Origin: Eledone cirrhosa
Lineage: Eukaryota
Direction of reading: 5' to 3'
Length of the DNA: 64,000 bases
Assembly: GCA_964016885.1 (NCBI GenBank)
Contig: OZ024752.1
Coordinates: 5,518,001-5,582,000, forward strand
The notes under the pieces are model-generated. The model saw only the letters and a list, made by a program, of their open reading frames with translations, did no database searches and had not been told where the DNA came from. The position numbers were made by a program, and so were the translations under genes. How positions within the stretch are numbered: position 1 is the stretch's first letter; every line of letters begins with the position of its first letter. Of the stretch, positions 49,801-61,800 are shown piece by piece.

Positions 49801-52800
49801 CCCGAAGATCTTACTGTACTGTTCCCTGCAGGACAGTCCTGGCAGGCCCTGAAGATCTTGTTCTACTGTTCCCTGCAGGACAGTCCTGGCAGGCCCTGAA
49901 GATCTTGTTGTACTGTTCCCTGCAGGACAGTCCTGGCAGGCCCTGAAGATCTTGTTGTACTGTTCCCTGCAGGACAATCCTGGCAGGCCCTGAAGATCTT
50001 GTTGTACTGTTCCCTGCAGGACAGTCTTGGCAGGCCCGGAAGATCTTACTGTACTGTTCCCTGCAGGACAGTCTTGGCAGGCCCTGAAGATCTTGTTGTA
50101 CTGTTCCCTGCAGGACAGTCCTGGCAGGCCCTGAAGATCTTGTTGTACTGTTCCCTGCAGGACAGTCTTGGCAGACCCTGAAGATCTTGTTGTACTGTTC
50201 CCTGCAGGACAGTCTTGGCAGGCCCTGAAGATCTTACTGTACTGTTCCCTGCAGGACAGTCTTGGCAGGCCCTGAAGATCTTACTGTACTGTTCCCTGCA
50301 GGACGGTCTTCGCAGGCCCTGAAGATCTTGTTGTACTGTTCCCTGCAGGACAGTCCTGGCAGGCCCTGAAGATCTTTTTGTACTGTTCCCTGCAGGACAG
50401 TCCTGGCAGGCCCTGAAGATCTTACTGTACTGTTCCCTGCAGGACAGTCCTGGCAGGCCCTGAAGATCTTACTGTACTGTTCCCTGCAGGACAGTCCTGG
50501 CAGGCCCTGAAGATCTTACTGTACCGTTCCCTGCAGGACAGTCTTGGCAAACCCTGAAGATCTTACTGTACTGTTCCCTGCAGGACAGTCCTGGCAGGCC
50601 CTGAAGATCTTGTTGTACTGTTCCCTGCAGGACAGTCCTGGCAGGCCCTGAAGATCTTGTTGTACTGTTCCCTGCAGGACAGTCTTGGCAGACCCTGAAG
50701 ATCTTACTGTACTGTTCCCTGCAGGACAGTCTTGGCAGGCCCTGAAGATCTTGTTGTACTGTTCCCTGCAGGACAGTCCTGGCAGGCCCTGAAGATCTTA
50801 CTGTACTGTTCCCTGCAGGACAGTCTTGGCAGACCCTGAAGATCTTGTTGTACTGTTCCCTGCAGGACAGTCCTGGCAGACCCTGAAGATCTTACTGTAC
50901 TGTTCCCTGCAGGACAGTCCTGGCAGGCCCTGAAGATCTTGTTGTACTGTTCCCTGCAGGACAGTCTTGGCAGACCCTGAAGATCTTACTGTACTGTTCC
51001 CTGCAGGACAGTCCTGGCAGGCCCTGAAGATCTTGTTGTACTGTTCCCTGCAGGACAGTCCTGGCAGGCCCTGAAGATCTTACTGTACTGTTCCCTGCAG
51101 GACAGTCTTGGCAGACCCTGAAGATCTTGTTGTACTGTTCACTGCAGGACAGTCCTGGCAGGCCCTGAAGATCTTGTTGTACTGTTCCCTGCAGGACAGT
51201 CTTGGCAGACCCTGAAGATCTTACTGTACTGTTCCCTGCAGGACAGTCCTGGCAGGCCCCGAAGATCTTACTGTACTGTTCCCTGCAGGACAGTCCTGGC
51301 AGGCCCTGAAGATCTTGTTCTACTGTTCCCTGCAGGACAGTCCTGGCAGGCCCTGAAGATCTTGTTGTACTGTTCCCTGCAGGACAGTCCTGGCAGGCCC
51401 TGAAGATCTTGTTGTACTGTTCCCTGCAGGACAATCCTGGCAGGCCCTGAAGATCTTGTTGTACTGTTCCCTGCAGGACAGTCTTGGCAGGCCCGGAAGA
51501 TCTTACTGTACTGTTCCCTGCAGGACAGTCTTGGCAGGCCCTGAAGATCTTGTTGTACTGTTCCCTGCAGGACAGTCCTGGCAGGCCCTGAAGATCTTGT
51601 TGTACTGTTCCCTGCAGGACAGTCTTGGCAGACCCTGAAGTTCTTGTTGTACTGTTCCCTGCAGGACAGTCTTGGCAGGCCCTGAAGATCTTACTGTACT
51701 GTTCCCTGCAGGACAGTCTTGGCAGGCCCTGAAGATCTTACTGTACTGTTCCCTGCAGGACGGTCTTGGCAGGCCCTGAAGATCTTGTTGTACTGTTCCC
51801 TGCAGGACAGTCCTGGCAGGCCCTGAAGATCTTTTTGTACTGTTCCCTGCAGGACAGTCTTGGCAGACCCTGAAGATCTTGTTGTACTGTTCCCTGCAGG
51901 ACAGTCTTGGCAGGCCCTGAAGATCTTACTGTACTGTTCCCTGCAGGACAGTCTTGGCAGGCCCTGAAGATCTTGTTGTACTGTTCCCTGCAGGACAGTC
52001 TTGGCAGGCCCTGAAGATCTTGTTGTACTGTTCCCTGCAGGACAGTCCTGGCAGGCCCTGAAGATCTTGTTGTACTGTTCCCTGCAGGACAGTCTTGGCA
52101 GGCCCTGAAGATCTTGTTGTACTGTTCCCTGGAGGACAGTCTTGGCAGACCCTGAAGATCTTGTTGTACTGTTCCCTGCAAGACAGTCTTGGCAGGCCCT
52201 GAAGATCTTACTGTACTGTTCCCTGCAGGACAGTCTTGGCAGGCCCTGAAGATCTTACTGTACTGTTCCCTGCAGGACAGTCTTGGCAGGCCCTGAAGAT
52301 CTTGTTGTACTGTTCCCTGCAGGACAGTCTTGGCAGACCCTGAAGATCTTGTTGTACTGTTCCTTGCAGGACAGTCTTGGCAGGCCCTGAAGATCTTACT
52401 GTACTGTTCCCTGCAGGACAGTTTGGAAGGCCCTGAAGATCTTACTGTACTGTTCCCCTCAGGACAGTCCTGGCAGGCCCTGAAGATCTTACTGTACTGT
52501 TCCCTGCAGGACAGTCTTGGCAGGCCCTGAAGATCTTGTTGTACTGTTCCCTGCAGGACAGTCCTGGCAGGCCCTGAAGATCTTGTTGTACTGTTCCCTG
52601 CAGGACAGTCCTGGCAGGCCCTGAAGATCTTGTTGTACTGTTCCCTGCAGGACAGTCTTGGCAGACCCTGAAGATCTTGTTGTACTGTTACCTGCAGGAC
52701 AGTCTTGGCAGGCCCTGAAGATCTTACTGTACTGTTCCCTGCAGGACAGTCTTGGCAGACACTGAAGATCTTACTGTACTGTTCCCTGCAGGACAGTCTT

Positions 52801-55800
52801 GGCAGACCCTGAAGATCTTGTTGTACTGTTCCCTGCAGAACAGTCTTGGCAGACCCAGAAGATCTTGTTGTACTGTTCCCTGCAGGACAGTCCTGGCAGG
52901 CCCTGAAGATCTTGTTGTACTGTTCCCTGCAGGACAGTCTTGGCAGACCCTGAATATCTTGTTGTACTGTTACTTGCAGGACAGTCTTGGCAGACCCTGA
53001 AGAACTTGTTGTACTGTTCCCTGCAGGACAGTCTTGGCAGACCCTGAATATCTTACTGTACTGTTCCCTGCAGGACAGTCTTGGCAGACCCTGAAGATCT
53101 TACTGTACTGTTCCCTGCAGGACAGTCTTGGCAGGCCCTGAAGATCTTGTTGTACTGTTCCCTGCAGGACAGTCTTGGCAGGCCCTGAAGATCTTGTTGT
53201 ACTGTTCCCTGCAGGACAGTCTTGGCAGGCCCTGAAGATCTTACTGTACTGTTCCCTGCAGGACAGTCTTGGCAGACCCTGAAGATCTTGTTGTACTGTT
53301 CCCTGCAGGACAGTCTTGGCAGACCCTGAAGATCTTGTTGTACTGTTCCCTGCAGGACAGTCTTGGCAGGCCCTGAAGATCTTGTTGTACTGTTCCCTGC
53401 AGGACAGTCTTGGCAGACCCTGAAGATCTTGTTGTACTGTTCCCTGCAGGACAGTCTTGGCAGACCCTGAAGATCTTGTTGTACTGTTCCCTGCAGGACA
53501 GTCCTGGCAGACCCTGAAGATCTTGTTGTACTGTTCCCTGCAGGACAGTCCTGGCAGGCCCTGAAGATCTTGTTGTACTGTTCCCTGCAGGACAGTCTTG
53601 GCAGGCCCTGAAGATCTTACTGTACTGTTCCCTGCAGGACAGTCTTGGCAGACCCTGAAGATCTTACTGTACTGTTCCCTGCAGGACAGTCTTGGCAGAC
53701 CCTGAAGCTCTTACTGTACTGTTCCCTGCAGGACAGTCCTGGCAGGCCCTGAAGAACTTACTGTACTGTTCCCTGCAGGACAGTCTTGGCAGACCCTGAA
53801 GATCTTGTTGTACTGTTCCCTGCAGGACAGTCTTGGCAGGCCCTGAAGATCTTGTTGTACTGTTCCCTGCAGGACAGTCTTGGCAGACCCTGAAGATCTT
53901 GTTGTACTGTTCCCTGCAGGACAGTCTTGGCAGACCCTGAAGATCTTGTTGTACTGTTCCCTGCAAGACAGTCTTGGCCGGCCCTGAAGATCTTGTTGTA
54001 CTGTTCCCTGCAGGACAGTCTTGGCAGGCCCTGAAGATCTTGTTGTACTGTTCCCTGCAGGACAGTCTTGGCAGACCCTGAAGATCTTACTGTACTGTTC
54101 CCTGCAGGACAGTCCTGGCAGACCCTGAAGATCTTGTTGTACTGTTCCCTGCAGGACAGTCTTGGCAGACCCTGAAGATCTTACTGTACTGTTCCCTGCA
54201 GGACAGTCTTGGCAGACCCTGAAGATCTTGTTGTACTGTTCCCTGCAGGACAGTCTTGGCAGACCCTGAAGATCTTACTGTACTGTTCCCTGCAGGACAG
54301 TCTTGGCCGGCCCTGAAGATATTGTTGTACTGTTCCCTGCAGGACAGTCTTGGCAGACCCTGAAGATCTTACTGTACTGTTCCCTGCAGGACAGTCTTGG
54401 CAGACCCTGAAGATCTTACTGTACTGTTCCCTGCAGGACAGTCTTGGCAGGCCCTGAAGATCCTACTGTACTGTTCCCTGCAGGACAGTCTTGGCAGACC
54501 CTGAAGATCTTGTTGTACTGTTCCCTGCAGGACAGTCTTGGCAGACCCTGAAGATCTTACTGTACTGTTCCCTGCAGGACAGTCTTGGCAGACCCTGAAG
54601 ATCTTACTGTACTGTTCCCTGCAGGACAGTCTTGGCAGGCCCTTAAGATCTTACTGTACTGTTCCCTGCAGGACAGTCTTGGCAGGCCCTGAAGATCCTA
54701 CTGTACTGTTCCCTGCAGGACAGTCTTGGCAGACCCTGAAGATCTTGTTGTACTGTTCCCTGCAGGACAGTCTTGGCAGGCCCTGAAGATCTTACTGTAC
54801 TGTTCCCTGCAGGACAGTCTTGGCAGACCCTGAAGATCTTACTGTACTGTTCCCTGCAGGACAGTCTTGGCAGGCCCTGAACATCCTACTGTACTGTTCC
54901 CTGCAGGACAGTCTTGGCAGACCCTGAAGATCTTGTTGTACTGTTCCCTGCAGGACAGTCTTGGAAGACCCTGAAGATCTTACTGTACTGTTCCCTGCAG
55001 GACAGTCTTGGCAGGTCCTGAAGATCTTGTTGTACTGTTCCCTGCAGGACAGTCTTGGCAGGCCCTGAAGATCTTGTTGTACTGTTCCCTGCAGGACAGT
55101 CTTGGCAGGCCCTGAAGATCTTGTTGTACTGTTCCCTGCAGGACAGTCTTGGCAGGCCCTGAAGATCTTACTGTACTGTTCCCTGCAGGACAGTCTTGGC
55201 AGACCCTGAAGATCTTACTGTACTGTTCCCTGCAGGACAGTCTTGGCAGACCCTGAAGCTCTTACTGTACTGTTCCCTGCAGGACAGTCTTGGCAGACCC
55301 TGAAGATCTTGTTGTACTGTTCCCTGCAGGACAGTCTTGGCAGGCCCTGAAGATCTTGTTGTACTGTTCCCTGCAGGACAGTCTTGGCAGACCCTGAAGA
55401 TCTTGTTGTACTGTTCCCTGCAGGACAGTCTTGGCAGACCCTGAAGATCTTGTTGTACTGTTCCCTGCAGGACAGTCTTGGCCGGCCCTGAAGATCTTGT
55501 TGTACTGTTCCCTGCAGGACAGTCTTGGCAGGCCCTGAAGATCTTGTTGTACTGTTCCCTGCAGGACAGTCTTGGCAGACCCTGAAGATCTTACTGTACT
55601 GTTCCCTGCAGGACAGTCTTGGCAGACCCTGAAGATCTTACTGTACTGTTCCCTGCAGGACAGTCCTGGCAGACCCTGAAGATCTTGTTGTACTGTTCCC
55701 TGCAGGACAGTCTTGGCAGACCCTGAAGATCTTACTGTACTGTTCCCTGCAGGACAGTCTTGGCCGGCCCTGAAGATATTGTTGTACTGTTCCCTGCAGG

Positions 55801-58800
55801 ACAGTCTTGGCAGGCCCTGAAGATCTTGTTGTACTGTTCCCTGCAGGACAGTCTTGGCAGGCCCTGAAGATCTTACTGTACTGTTCCCTGCAGGACAGTC
55901 TTGGCAGACCCTGAAGATCTTACTGTACTGTTCCCTGCAGGACAGTCCTGGCAGACCCTGAAGATCTTGTTGTACTGTTCCCTGCAGGACAGTCTTGGCA
56001 GACCCTGAAGTTCTTACTGTACTGTTCCTGCAGGACAGTCTTGGCAGACCCTGAAGATCTTACTGTACTGTTCCCTGCAGGACAGTCTTGGCAGGCCCTG
56101 AAGATCCTACTGTACTGTTCCCTGCAGGACAGTCTTGGCAGACCCTGAAGATCTTGTTGTACTGTTCCCTGCAGGACAGTCTTGGCAGACCCTGAAGATC
56201 TTACTGTACTGTTCCCTGCAGGACAGTCTTGGCAGACCCTGAAGATCTTACTGTACTGTTCCCTGCAGGACAGTCTTGGCAGGCCCTTAAGATCTTACTG
56301 TACTGTTCCCTGCAGGACAGTCTTTGCAGGCCCTGAAGATCCTACTGTACTGTTCCCTGCAGGACAGTCTTGGCAGACCCTGAAGATCTTGTTGTACTGT
56401 TCCCTGCAGGACAGTCTTGGCAGTCCCTGAAGATCTTACTGTACTGTTCCCTGCAGGACAGTCTTGGCAGACCCTGAAGATCTTACTGTACTGTTCCCTG
56501 CAGGACAGTCTTGGCAGGTTCTGAACATCCTACTGTACTGTTCCCTGCAGGACAGTCTTGGCAGACCCTGAAGATCTTGTTGTACTGTTCCCTGCAGGAC
56601 AGTCTTGGCAGACCCTGAAGATCTTACTGTACTGTTCCCTGCAGGACAGTCTTGGCAGACCCTGAAGATCTTGTTGTACTGTTCCCTGCAGGACAGTCTT
56701 GGCAGGCCCTGAAGATCTTACTGTACTGTTCCCTGCAGGACAGTCTTGGCAGACCCTGAAGATCTTACTGTACTGTTCCCTGCAGGACAATCTTGGCAGA
56801 CCCTGAAGATCTTGTTGTACTGTTCCCTGCAGGACAGTCTTGGCAGACCCTGAAGATCTTACTGTACTGTTCCCTGCAGGACAGTCTTGGCAGACCCTGA
56901 AGATCTTGTTGTACTGTTCCCTGCAGGACAGTCTTGGCAGACCCTGAAGATCTTACTGTACTGTTCCCTGCAGGACAGTCTTGGCAGACCCTGAAGATCT
57001 TACTGTACTGTTCCCTGCAGGACAGTCTTGGCAGGCCCTGAAGATCCTACTGTACTGTTCCCTGCAGGACAGTCTTGGCAGACCCTGAAGATCTTGTTGT
57101 ACTGTTCCCTGCAGGACAGTCTTGGCAGACCCTGAAGATCTTACTGTACTGTTCCCTGCAGGACATTCTTGGCAGACCCTGAAGATCTTACTGTACTGTT
57201 CCCTGCAGGACAGTCTTGGCAGGCCCTTAAGATCTTACTGTACTGTTCCCTGCAGGACAGTCTTGGCAGGCCCTGAAGATCCTACTGTACTGTTCCCTGC
57301 AGGACAGTCTTGGCAGACCCTGAAGATCTTGTTGTACTGTTCCCTGCAGGACAGTCTTGGCAGGCCCTGAAGATCTTACTGTACTGTTCCCTGCAGGACA
57401 GTCTTGGCAGACCCTGAAGATCTTACTGTACTGTTCCCTGCAGGACAGTTTTGGCAGGCCCTGAACATCCTACTGTACTGTTCCCTGCAGGACAGTCTTG
57501 GCAGACCCTGAAGATCTTGTGGTACTGTTCCCTGCAGGACAGTCTTGGCAGGCCCTGAAGATCTTGTTGCACTGTTCCCTGCAGGACAGTCTTGGCAGAC
57601 CCTGAAGATCTTGTTGTACTGTTCCCTGCAGGACAGTCTTGGCAGACCCTGAAGATCTTGTTGTACTGTTCCCTGCAGGACAGTCTTGGCCGGCCCTGAA
57701 GATCTTGTTGTACTGTTCCCTGCAGGACAGTCTTGGCAGGCCCTGAAGATCTTGTTGTACTGTTCCCTGCAGGACAGTCTTGGCAGACCCTGAAGATCTT
57801 ACTGTACTGTTCCCTGCAGGACAGTCTTGGCAGACCCTGAAGATCTTACTGTACTGTTCCCTGCAGGACAGTCCTGGCAGACCCTGAAGATCTTGTTGTA
57901 CTGTTCCCTGCAGGACAGTCTTGGCAGACCCTGAAGATCTTACTGTACTGTTCCCTGCAGGACAGTCTTGGCCGGCCCTGAAGATATTGTTGTACTGTTC
58001 CCTGCAGGACAGTCTTGGCAGGCCCTGAAGATCTTGTTGTACTGTTCCCTGCAGGACAGTCTTGGCAGGCCCTGAAGATCTTACTGTACTGTTCCCTGCA
58101 GGACAGTCTTGGCAGACCCTGAAGATCTTACTGTACTGTTCCCTGCAGGACAGTCCTGGCAGACCCTGAAGATCTTGTTGTACTGTTCCCTGCAGGACAG
58201 TCTTGGCAGACCCTGAAGATCTTACTGTACTGTTTCCTGCAGGACAGTCTTGTCAGACCCTGAAGATCTTACTGTACTGTTCCCTGCAGGACAGTCTTGG
58301 CAGGCCCTGAAGATCCTACTGTACTGTTCCCTGCAGGACAGTCTTGTCAGACCCTGAAGATCTTCTTGTACTGTTCCCTGCAGGACAGTCTTGGCAGACC
58401 CTGAAGATCTTACTGTACTGTTCCCTGCAGGACAGTCTTGGCAGACCCTGAAGATCTTGTTGTACTGTTCCCTGCAGGACAGTCTTGGCAGGCCCTGAAG
58501 ATCTTTTTGTACTGTTCCCTGCAGGACAGTCTTGGCAGACCCTGAAGATCTTACTGTACTGTTCCCTGCAGGACAGTCTTGGCAGACCCTGAAGATCTTA
58601 CTGTACTGTTCCCTGCAGGACAGTCCTGGCAGACCCTGAAGATCTTGTTGTACTGTTCCATGCAGGACAGTCTTGGCAGACACTGAAGATCTTACTGTAC
58701 TGTTCCCTGCAGGACAGTCTTGGCCGGCCCTGAAGATATTGTTGTACTGTTCCCTGCAGGACAGTCTTGGCAGGCCCTGAAGATCTTGTTGTACTGTTCC

Positions 58801-61800
58801 CTGCAGGACAGTCTTGGCAGGCCCTGAAGATCTTACTGTACTGTTCCCTGCAGGACAGTCTTGGCAGACCCTGAAGATCTTACTGTACTATTCCCTGCAG
58901 GACAGTCCTGGCAGACCCTGAAGATCTTACTGTACTGTTCCCTGCAGGACAGTCTTGGCAGACCCTGAAGATCTTACTGTACTGTTCCCTGCAGGACAGT
59001 CTTGGCAGACCCTGAAGATCTTACTGTACTGTTCCCTGCAGGACAGTCCTGGCAGACCCTGAAGATCTTGTTGTACTGTTCCCTGCAGGACAGTCTTGGC
59101 AGACCCTGAAGATCTTACTGTACTGTTCCCTGAAGGACAGTCTTGGCCGGCCCTGAAGATATTGTTGTACTGTTCCCTGCAGGACAGTCTTGGCAGACCC
59201 TGAAGATCTTGTTGTATTGTTCCCTGCAGGACAGTCTTGGCCGGCCCTGAAGATCTTGTTGTACTGTTCCCTGCAGAACAGTCTTGGCAGGCCCTGAAGA
59301 TCTTGTTGTACTGTTCCCTGCAGGACAGTCTTGGCAGGCCCTGAATATCTTACTGTACTGTTCCCTGCAGGACAGTCTTGGCAGACCCTGAAGATCTTAC
59401 TGTACTGTTCCCTGCAGGACAGTCTTGGCAGACCCTGAAGATCTTACTGTACTGTTCCCTGCAGGACAGTCCTGGCAGACCCTGAAGATCTTGTTGTACT
59501 GTTCCCTGCAGGACAGTCTTGGCAGACCCTGAAGATCTTACTGTACTGTTCCCTGAAGGACAGTCTTGGCCGGCCCTGAAGATATTGTTGTACTGTTCCC
59601 TGCAGGACAGTCTTGGCAGACCCTGAAGATCTTGTTGTACTGTTCCCTGCAGGACAGTCTTGGCCGGCCCTGAAGATCTTGTTGTACTGTTCCCTGCAGG
59701 ACAGTCTTGGCAGACCCTGAAGATCTTGTTGTACTGTTCCCTGCAGGACAGTCTTGGCAGGCCCTGAATATCTTACTGTACTGTTCCCTGCAGGACAGTC
59801 TTGGCAGACCCTGAAGATCTTACTGTACTGTTCCCTGCAGGACAGTCCTGGCAGACCCTGAAGATCTTGTTGTACTGTTCCCTGCAGGACAGTCTTGGCA
59901 GACCCTGAAGATCTTACTGTACTGTTCCCTGCAGGACAGTCTTGGCCGGCCCTGAAGATATTGTTGTACTGTTCCCTGCAGGACAGTCTTGGCAGGCCCT
60001 GAAGATCTTGTTGTACTGTTCCCTGCAGGACAGTCTTGGCAGACCCTGAAGATCTTACTGTACTGTTCCCTGCAGGACAGTCTTGGCAGACCCTGAAGAT
60101 CTTGTGTACTGTTCCCTGCAGGACAGTCTTGGCAGTCCCTGAAGATCTTGTTGTACTGTTCCCTGCAGGACAGTCTTGGCAGGCCCTAAAGATCCTACTG
60201 TAATGTTCCCTGCAGGACAGTCTTGGCAGACCCTGAAGATCTTACTGTACTGTTCCCTGCAGGACAGTCTTGGCAGACCCTGAAGATCTTACTGTACTGT
60301 TCCCTGCAGGACAGTCTTGGCAGACCCTGAAGATCTTACTGTACTGTTCCCTGCAGGACAGTCTTGGCAGGCCCTGAACATCCTACTGTACTGTTCCCTG
60401 CAGGACAGTCTTGGCAGACCCTGAAGATCTTGTTGTACTGTTCCCTGCAGGACAGTCTTGGCAGGTCCTGAAGATCTTGTTGTACTGTTCCCTGCAGGAC
60501 AGTCTTGGCAGGCCCTGAAGATCTTACTGTACTGTTCCCTGCAGGACAGTCTTGGCAGACCCTGAAGATCTTACTGTACTGTTCCCTGCAGGACAGTCTT
60601 GGCAGGCTCTGAACATCCTACTGTACTGTTCCCTGCAGGACAGTCTTGGCAGACCCTGAAGATCTTGTTGTACTGTTCCCTGCAGGACAGTCTTGGCAGA
60701 CCCTGAAGATCTTGTTGTACTGTTCCCTGCAGGACAGTCTTGGCAGGCCCTGAAGATCTTACTGTACTGTTCCCTGCAGGACAGTCTTGGCAGACCCTGA
60801 AGATCTTACTGTACTGTTCCCTGCAGGACAATCTTGGCAGACCCTGAAGATCTTGTTGTACTGTTCCCTGCAGGACAGTCTTGGCAGACCCTGAAGATCT
60901 TACTGTACTGTTCCCTGCAGGACAGTCTTGGCAGACCCTGAAGATCTTGTTGTACTGTTCCCTGCAGGACAGTCTTGGCAGGCCCTGAAGATCTTGTTGT
61001 ACTGTTCCCTGCAGGACAGTCTTGGCAGACCCTGAAGATCTTGTTGTACTGTTCCCTGCAGGACAGTCTTGGCAGGCCCTGAAGATCTTACTGTACTGTT
61101 CCCTGCAGGACAGTCTTGGCAGACCCTGAAGATCTTGTTGTACTGTTCCCTGCAGGACAGTCTCGGCAGACCCTGAAGATCTTGTTGTACTGTTCCCTGC
61201 AGGACAGTCTTGGCAGACCCTGAAGATCTTGTTGTACTGTTCCCTGCAGGACAGTCTTGGCAGACCCTGAAGATCTTGTTGTACTGTTCCCTGCAGGACA
61301 GTCTTGGCAGACCCTGAAGATCTTACTGTACTGTTACCTGCAGGACAGTCTTGGCAGACCCTGAAGATCTTGTTGTACTGTTCCCTGCAGGACAGTCTTG
61401 GCAGGCCCTGAAGAACTTACTGTACTGTTCCCTTCAGGACAGTCCTGGCAGGCCCTGAAGATCTTGTTGTACTGTTCCCTGCAGGACAGTCTTGGCAGAC
61501 CCTGAAGATCTTGTTGTACTGTTCCCTGCAGGACAGTCTTGGCAGGCCCTGAAGATCTCGTTGTACTGTTCCCTGCAGGACAGTCTTGGCAGACCCTGAA
61601 GATCTTGTTGTACTGTTCCCTGCAGGACAGTCTTGGCAGACCCTGAAGATCTTGTTGTACTGTTCCCTGCAGGACAGTCTTGGCAGACCCTAAAGATCTT
61701 GTTGTACTGTTCCCTGCAGGACAGTCTTGGCAGACCCTGAAGATCTTACTGTACTGTTCCCTGCAGGACAGTCTTGGCAGACCCTGAAGATCTTACTGTA